Of a stretch of 64,000 bases of DNA, positions 59,550 through 64,000 are shown in pieces. The DNA is from an uncultured Candidatus Rokubacteria bacterium (GTDB lineage Bacteria; Methylomirabilota; Methylomirabilia; Rokubacteriales; DASRDR01). Under the pieces are notes generated by a model that was not told the origin of the DNA, did no database searches, and worked only from the letters and a program-made list of their open reading frames with translations. The DNA is taken from NCBI GenBank assembly GCA_963826115.1, contig CAWGVS010000006.1:896001-960000 (forward strand), written 5' to 3'. The position numbers and the translations under genes are program-made. How positions within the stretch are numbered: position 1 is the stretch's first letter; each line of letters begins with the position of its first letter.

Positions 59550-60034
59550 GGCCGCGCCTCCACGATCACCTTGCCCCACATGGTGTGATGGGCGACGCCG
59601 CAGTACTCGTGGCAGACGAACGGGTACTCCCCGGGCCGGTCGAAGCGAGCGGTGACCCGCGCGATCTGCCCCGGGAGCAGCATCACGTTGACGTTGTGGC
59701 GGTCGACGTGGAGGCCGTGGACGATGTCCTTGCTGGTCGCGACGAAGGTCACGGTCGATCCCGCCGGTATGCGGACCTCGTTCGGAGCGAAGCTCCAGAT
59801 CCCGGCGACCATCCGGACCTCGTAGCGTCCGGGCCCGGTCTCGACGACGCCGGGGTGGTCGAAGGGGGGCGTCTCGGCGACCCGCGTGACGTCGACGCGG
59901 CCGGCGTCGCTCGGGAGGTGGATCCCGACGCCGAAGGCCGTGACGGTCAGCGCGACGAGCATCCCGACCGGGATCGCGATGCTCGGCAGGATCCACGCGA
60001 GCTCGTAAAGATAGACGGTCGTGCCCTGCCTCAT
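59546..60034 (-). CDS. cbaB: ba3-type cytochrome c oxidase subunit II (CuA)
   Basis: Single TM, SKDIVHG, CHEYCGVAHHTM CuA motif. Confidence 0.92.
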   Translation of the reverse strand: MRQGTTVYLYELAWILPSIAIPVGMLVALTVTAFGVGIHLPSDAGRVDVTRVAETPPFDHPGVVETGPGRYEVRMVAGIWSFAPNEVRIPAGSTVTFVATSKDIVHGLHVDRHNVNVMLLPGQIARVTARFDRPGEYPFVCHEYCGVAHHTMWGKVIVEARP

Positions 60035-60041
60035 GGCGCCC

Positions 60042-60149
60042 TCACCGCGTCCAGAGCTTCAGGTACATGTTGGTCCACATGAAGGCGAGCAGCGCCAGGT
60101 AGACCAGCATGAAGACCAGCGCGCCCTTCGGATGGTCGTTCTCGTTCAC
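60042..60149 (-). CDS. cbaD: ba3-type oxidase subunit IIa (35 aa, absent from ORF track)
   Basis: AAGGAGG RBS then MNENDHPKGALVFMLVYLALLAFMWTNMYLKLWTR; PKGAL...W...Y...R pattern like Thermus CbaD; position upstream of cbaB. Confidence 0.85.
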   Translation of the reverse strand: MNENDHPKGALVFMLVYLALLAFMWTNMYLKLWTR

Positions 60150-60195
60150 TCGACGCCTCCTTCTCCGGGAGCCGGGCTCCCGGAGCGTGGCGTGA

Positions 60196-60211
60196 AGCAA
60201 TCGGGATGCCA
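60196..60211 (-). promoter_or_regulatory. sigma54 -24/-12 promoter for cbaDBA
   Basis: TGGCATCCCGATTGCT, GG-N10-GC. Confidence 0.78.
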
Positions 60212-60293
60212 CGGGACGTCGCGCTGGCGGCGTGCGAAACGGGCGTCGCGATGGTCGTTCCGGCCCGCCGCCCGCTGCCGGCGCCCTGCCGGA

Positions 60294-60332
60294 TGGGGCG
60301 CTACCGTCCCACCCTGGGGCGCTCCGGCCCCA
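60294..60332. promoter_or_regulatory. tandem upstream activator boxes TGGGGC-N6-GYCCCA
   Basis: TGGGGCgctaccGTCCCA (60294-60311) and TGGGGCgctccgGCCCCA (60315-60332), 21 bp apart. Confidence 0.65.
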
Positions 60333-60377
60333 TGGCCTCGCGCTCAGGGTCGAGCCGGTCGGCCGGCTGGAGCGCGA

Positions 60378-61262
60378 TCACGAGTCGGACGGCGCGGCGG
60401 GGCGCGGGCGCAGGTAGACGAGCCAGTAGACGAGGCCCACCAGGATCGCGCCGCCGATGACGTTGCCGAGGGTGACGGGCAGGAGGTTGTCGCGGAGGAA
60501 CCCCTCCCACGTGAGGAGCGCGCGCGGCGGCCCCGGCGTCGCGGCGGCGGCGAAGCCGGGATCGAGCCGGGCGATCAAGAGGGCGAAGGGAACGAAGTAC
60601 ATGTTGGCGACCGAGTGCTCGAACCCGGCGGCCACGAAGGCGCTGACCGGCGGCACGATCGCCAAGATCCGATCGGCGGTGGTGCGCGCGGAGAGCGTGA
60701 GCCACACGGCCAGGCAGACGAGCGCGTTGCACAACACGCCCAGCGCCACGGCCTGCGTGAACCCGAGCTCGAGCTTCGCCCGGGCGATGGCGAGCGCGGC
60801 GGCGCCGAACGCCCCGCCCCCGCCACGGTGCGTCCCGGCGAGGTAGACGAGGAGGGCGGTGCCACCGGCGCCCGCGAAGTTCCCGGCGAAGACGGTCAGC
60901 CAGTTGCGGAGGAGCGCGGCCGTGGACACGCGCCGGCTCGCCCAGGCGATGACGATCAGGCTGTTGCCCGTGAAGAGCTCGGCGCCGCCGACCAGCACGA
61001 GGACGAGGCCGAGGCTGAACGTCACGCCGGCCAGCACGCGGACCGGCCCCCAGGGCGCCGCCCCGGTCCCCGCGAGGGCGGTCGTCGAGAAGACCCCGCC
61101 GAGGGCGATGAAGGCGCCGGCGAGGACGGCGAGCGCGAACGTCGTCGCGACGTCCAGTTCGGCCTTGCGCACGCCCACCTCCTCGGCCCGGCGCGCCATC
61201 TCCGGCGGCAGGAGGGCGTCGAGCTGCGGCGGGCCGGCCGATGTCAAGGTGGCCGGTCTCAT
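60378..61262 (-). CDS. formate/nitrite transporter (FocA-like)
   Basis: LAVLAGAFIALG, GAELFTGN, CNALVCLAVW, GFEHSVANM, VTLGNVIGG. Confidence 0.92.
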   Translation of the reverse strand: MRPATLTSAGPPQLDALLPPEMARRAEEVGVRKAELDVATTFALAVLAGAFIALGGVFSTTALAGTGAAPWGPVRVLAGVTFSLGLVLVLVGGAELFTGNSLIVIAWASRRVSTAALLRNWLTVFAGNFAGAGGTALLVYLAGTHRGGGGAFGAAALAIARAKLELGFTQAVALGVLCNALVCLAVWLTLSARTTADRILAIVPPVSAFVAAGFEHSVANMYFVPFALLIARLDPGFAAAATPGPPRALLTWEGFLRDNLLPVTLGNVIGGAILVGLVYWLVYLRPRPAAPSDS

Positions 61263-61699
61263 CCCGGGCTGCCATCGGCCTTGAGCGCGGCCATCAGATC
61301 TCGCCGCGTGATCACTCCGACAATCACTTTTCCGCCCGCGGCATCGTTCACCACCGGGATGGTGCGGATTCGATACTCCACCATCAGGGCCATTGCCTTG
61401 ATCGCCGGCTCGACGGGGTACAGCGTGATCACGCTCGGACTCATGATGGCGCCGACGGAGGAGACCCAGGCGCTCTCCATCGCGGGGATGAACCGAGGGT
61501 AAGGCTCGAGATGAAGCTTGAACAGATCGAGCTGGGTCACGATTCCCTGGAGGACTTGAAGGCCGTCGACGACGGGCAGCCCGTTGTACTCGTACTCGAC
61601 GAAGATCCGAGCCAGCTCATCGACCGTCGTCTCGGGCTTCACGGTGAGGGCCGGCGCCGACATCAGCTCGCCCACGGGAATCTGGATGATCCTGCGCAT
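61259..61699 (-). CDS. CBS domain pair protein
   Basis: VGELMS, GLPVVD, GIVTQLDL, IPVVN, GVITRRDL. Confidence 0.88.
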   Translation of the reverse strand: MRRIIQIPVGELMSAPALTVKPETTVDELARIFVEYEYNGLPVVDGLQVLQGIVTQLDLFKLHLEPYPRFIPAMESAWVSSVGAIMSPSVITLYPVEPAIKAMALMVEYRIRTIPVVNDAAGGKVIVGVITRRDLMAALKADGSPG

Positions 61700-61747
61700 G
61701 AATGCTCCCTTTCGAGTCTGATGACCGGCCGCGAGGGTTCGCCCGGG

Positions 61748-62203
61748 TCACGGATAGGAGATCACGATGTCCAGCTCGGGGTGCTCCGGCACCTCGGTTC
61801 CCGCGATACTGCGCAGGACGTCGATCTCCGTGAGCATGCCGACGACCCGTCGGCCCTCGACCACGAGCAGGGAGCCCACCTTGTCGCGCCGCATCCGCTC
61901 GGCGGCCTCGGCTACCTCGGCGGACGGCCCGATGCAGCGGACCGGCGCGGACATGACGCTCCGGACCGGCGTATCCCGCAGGAGCGCGCTGACCGGAACT
62001 TTGCCGATCTGCGAATAGACCTCGGATGAAAAGAGGCGGTGCCGGAGATCTCGATCGGTGACGAGGCCCACCAGCGAGCCGTCCGGGGCGAGGATGGGGA
62101 GGTGGCGGACCTTCCGGTGGCACATCGCGTCCACCGCCTCGAGACAGGTGGCGTCCTGGCCGATCGTCATCACGCTGCGGGACATCAAGTCGCGCACTTT
62201 CAT
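61748..62203 (-). CDS. CBS domain pair protein
   Basis: MKVRDLMS, RHLPI, GLVTDRDL, GMLTEIDVL. Confidence 0.88.
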   Translation of the reverse strand: MKVRDLMSRSVMTIGQDATCLEAVDAMCHRKVRHLPILAPDGSLVGLVTDRDLRHRLFSSEVYSQIGKVPVSALLRDTPVRSVMSAPVRCIGPSAEVAEAAERMRRDKVGSLLVVEGRRVVGMLTEIDVLRSIAGTEVPEHPELDIVISYP

Positions 62204-62235
62204 GGCTGCCCTCGCATGCAGGTGAGGATGGCGCT

Positions 62236-62577
62236 TCAGCGGAGCGACGCCAGGTAGGCGGCGAGCGCGCTCGCCTCCGGCTCCGTCAGGCGGAGGTCTG
62301 GCATGTGGCGAGTGGGCTCCTGGGCGGCCGGGTCTCGGAGCCAGCGCGCGAGCGCGGCCTCCGGATACCGTGAGGCCGCTCGGCGGAGGTCCGGCCCGAT
62401 CGGCGTGCCGACGGCTCCGACCGTGTGACAGTCCAGGCAGCCCTTGTCGGTGAAGACCTGTCGTCCCTGCGCGACGAGAGCGTCCCGGCTCTGGGCGGAG
62501 AGCCATACGCCACCGAGCCCCAGACCCGCGAGGAGCACCGCGATGAGCGAGAGGGTTCCGCGACCGAGGCCGGCCAT
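62236..62577 (-). CDS. monoheme class I cytochrome c
   Basis: Signal/anchor, CLDCH, GPDL, distal HMP. Confidence 0.88.
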   Translation of the reverse strand: MAGLGRGTLSLIAVLLAGLGLGGVWLSAQSRDALVAQGRQVFTDKGCLDCHTVGAVGTPIGPDLRRAASRYPEAALARWLRDPAAQEPTRHMPDLRLTEPEASALAAYLASLR

Positions 62578-63215
62578 CACTCGCGCCGCGTCTGCCGGGT
62601 GCTGAATCCTCGCGTCTGCAGCAGCGAGATGGCCGGCACCGGGTTGATCGTGCGGATGCGGACCACCACTTCCTTGAAGCCGCCGTCGCCGGCCAGGGTC
62701 ACGAGGCTCGAGATCTCCGCGCCCGCCGCCTCGAGGGCCTGGACCACCTCGGCGAGCGCGTGCGGCCGATTCCCGACGACGACGTCCAACCGGGTGGACG
62801 GCTCGAAGGCACCCATCGCCCGGGCGAACAAGCCGAGAACGTCGGTCTCCGTCACGATCCCCACGAGCTGGCCGGCGTCGATGACGGGGAGGGCGCCGAT
62901 CTTTTCCTGGAGCATGATCCGCGCCGCGGCCTCGATCGGGAACATCGGCGCGATCGTGATGACCGTCCGCGTCATGATCTCGTCCACGCGGAGTCGGTCC
63001 AGGAGGTAGTTGAGCTCGTGGACCTCGAGGCTCGTGGCCGAGGAGGCCATGGCCCGCTTGAGGTCTCGATCGGACAGGATGCCCACCAGGCGATCGCCGT
63101 CGACCACGGGAAGGTGGCGCACCCCGCGCTGGGCGGTGAGGCGAAGGGCCTCGGACAAGGTGGTCGCCGGCGTGACCGTGAGGAGCTTGGTCTGCATGAC
63201 GTCCTGGACCAGCAT
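62577..63215 (-). CDS. CBS + ACT domain protein (AcuB-like)
   Basis: RHLPVVD, GILSDRDL, GALPV, GIVTETD, C-terminal NRPHALAEV ACT domain; GGAGG RBS. Confidence 0.85.
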   Translation of the reverse strand: MLVQDVMQTKLLTVTPATTLSEALRLTAQRGVRHLPVVDGDRLVGILSDRDLKRAMASSATSLEVHELNYLLDRLRVDEIMTRTVITIAPMFPIEAAARIMLQEKIGALPVIDAGQLVGIVTETDVLGLFARAMGAFEPSTRLDVVVGNRPHALAEVVQALEAAGAEISSLVTLAGDGGFKEVVVRIRTINPVPAISLLQTRGFSTRQTRRE

Positions 63216-63290
63216 GTTTCCCTCCGACCTCGCCCGAGCGGTTCCGGCGGAGGCGTCGGTGCCGCATCGGGCGGTCTCGTCGACTGAGAG

Positions 63291-63306
63291 AGCAACGACG
63301 GTGCCA
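63291..63306 (-). promoter_or_regulatory. sigma54 -24/-12 promoter for the acuB-like operon
   Basis: TGGCACCGTCGTTGCT. Confidence 0.8.
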
Positions 63307-63376
63307 GGGGGCGCGCCCCGGGATGCGCGAAGTTCCGGGCCATTTCGTGCGATCGGTGAGGCGCGGCAGGCCCGTC

Positions 63377-63394
63377 TGGGGCGGCAGTGCCCCA
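63377..63394. promoter_or_regulatory. upstream activator box TGGGGC-N6-GCCCCA between divergent sigma54 promoters
   Basis: TGGGGCggcagtGCCCCA, same motif as at 60294-60332. Confidence 0.65.
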
Positions 63395-63446
63395 CGTCCC
63401 GCGGCGCGCCGCCATCGGCTCGCGCGGGGGCAGGCGTATCTCGCCG

Positions 63447-63462
63447 TGGCATCCTGGTTGCT
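63447..63462 (+). promoter_or_regulatory. sigma54 -24/-12 promoter for the kinase-like gene
   Basis: TGGCATCCTGGTTGCT followed by GGAGG RBS. Confidence 0.75.
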
Positions 63463-63482
63463 CACGCCTGGAGGGCGGCGAC

Positions 63483-64000
63483 GTGAACGGGACGACGGCG
63501 GACAACCAGCGGGTGGGGTCGTTGCTCGACGACCTCCAGCGTCCGGAGGCCTACCCCGAGCCCCGGCCCTCGCGCGTCACGCTGGTCACGACCCACATCT
63601 CCTGGGTCTTCCTGACTGACGGCGAGGTTTGGAAGGTCAAGCGCCCGGTCAACTATGGGTTCGTGGACTACACGACGCTCGACCGGCGCCAGCGTTTCTG
63701 CGAGGACGAGGTCCGCCTGAACCGGCGCCTCGCCGCGGACGCCTACCTCGGGGTGGTCCCGGTACGGCTGGGGTCGAAGGGCCACTGGTTCGGCCCCGAC
63801 GGCGAGATCGTCGACTACGCCGTCCGCATGCGGCGACTACCCGACGATCGCAGCGCGGAGGCGCTCCTCCGACGGGGCCTGCTGGGCTCGGAGCATCTCG
63901 CCCGTCTGGCGGAGCGACTTACCCGGTTCTTCGCGGAGGCCGCTCCGGCGCCCGCCGCGGGCGCCGTCGCCGCGATCCGCGACAACGTCGTCGAGAATTT
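63483..64000 (+). CDS. Rv2004c-like aminoglycoside-phosphotransferase/AAA kinase protein (3' truncated by window)
   Basis: Hand translation: THISWVFL, KVKRPVNYGFVDYTTLDRR..FCEDEVRLNRRLA..YLGVV, DYAVRMRRLP. Confidence 0.85.
   Translation, partial: MNGTTADNQRVGSLLDDLQRPEAYPEPRPSRVTLVTTHISWVFLTDGEVWKVKRPVNYGFVDYTTLDRRQRFCEDEVRLNRRLAADAYLGVVPVRLGSKGHWFGPDGEIVDYAVRMRRLPDDRSAEALLRRGLLGSEHLARLAERLTRFFAEAAPAPAAGAVAAIRDNVVEN

Overview
A very GC-rich, gene-dense bacterial window. The gene content (many ABC solute-binding proteins, two MetE-C-terminal-only paralogs, LLM oxidoreductase, ba3-type oxidase) suggests a soil Rokubacteria/Methylomirabilota-like organism; this taxon call is inference only. Left to right: (1) a pyrimidine nucleoside scavenging locus (BMP-type ABC transporter, cdd, deoA, upp, divergent NDT-family glycosidase and class C acid phosphatase). 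It is interrupted by a secreted beta-helix gene with a relic sigma54 activator, and by an antitoxin/ParE-like toxin/PIN cassette whose toxin the ORF track misses. (2) DUF411 plus a CopA copper ATPase. (3) A LysM/lipoprotein operon. (4) Two ATPase-less peptide-type ABC systems with catabolic enzymes. (5) Aromatic ring-cleavage clusters. (6) A small membrane leader ORF whose stop codon overlaps an anti-Shine-Dalgarno arm in front of usp-terC, a candidate ribosome-stalling sensor. (7) A microoxic module (cbaDBA ba3 oxidase, ADP-forming acyl-CoA ligase, FNT channel, CBS proteins, cytochrome c, Rv2004c-like kinase) with three near-consensus sigma54 promoters and a shared TGGGGC-N6-GCCCCA upstream palindrome. 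I saw no rRNA, tRNA, CRISPR array or transposase. All calls come from motif recognition by eye; no database searches were run.
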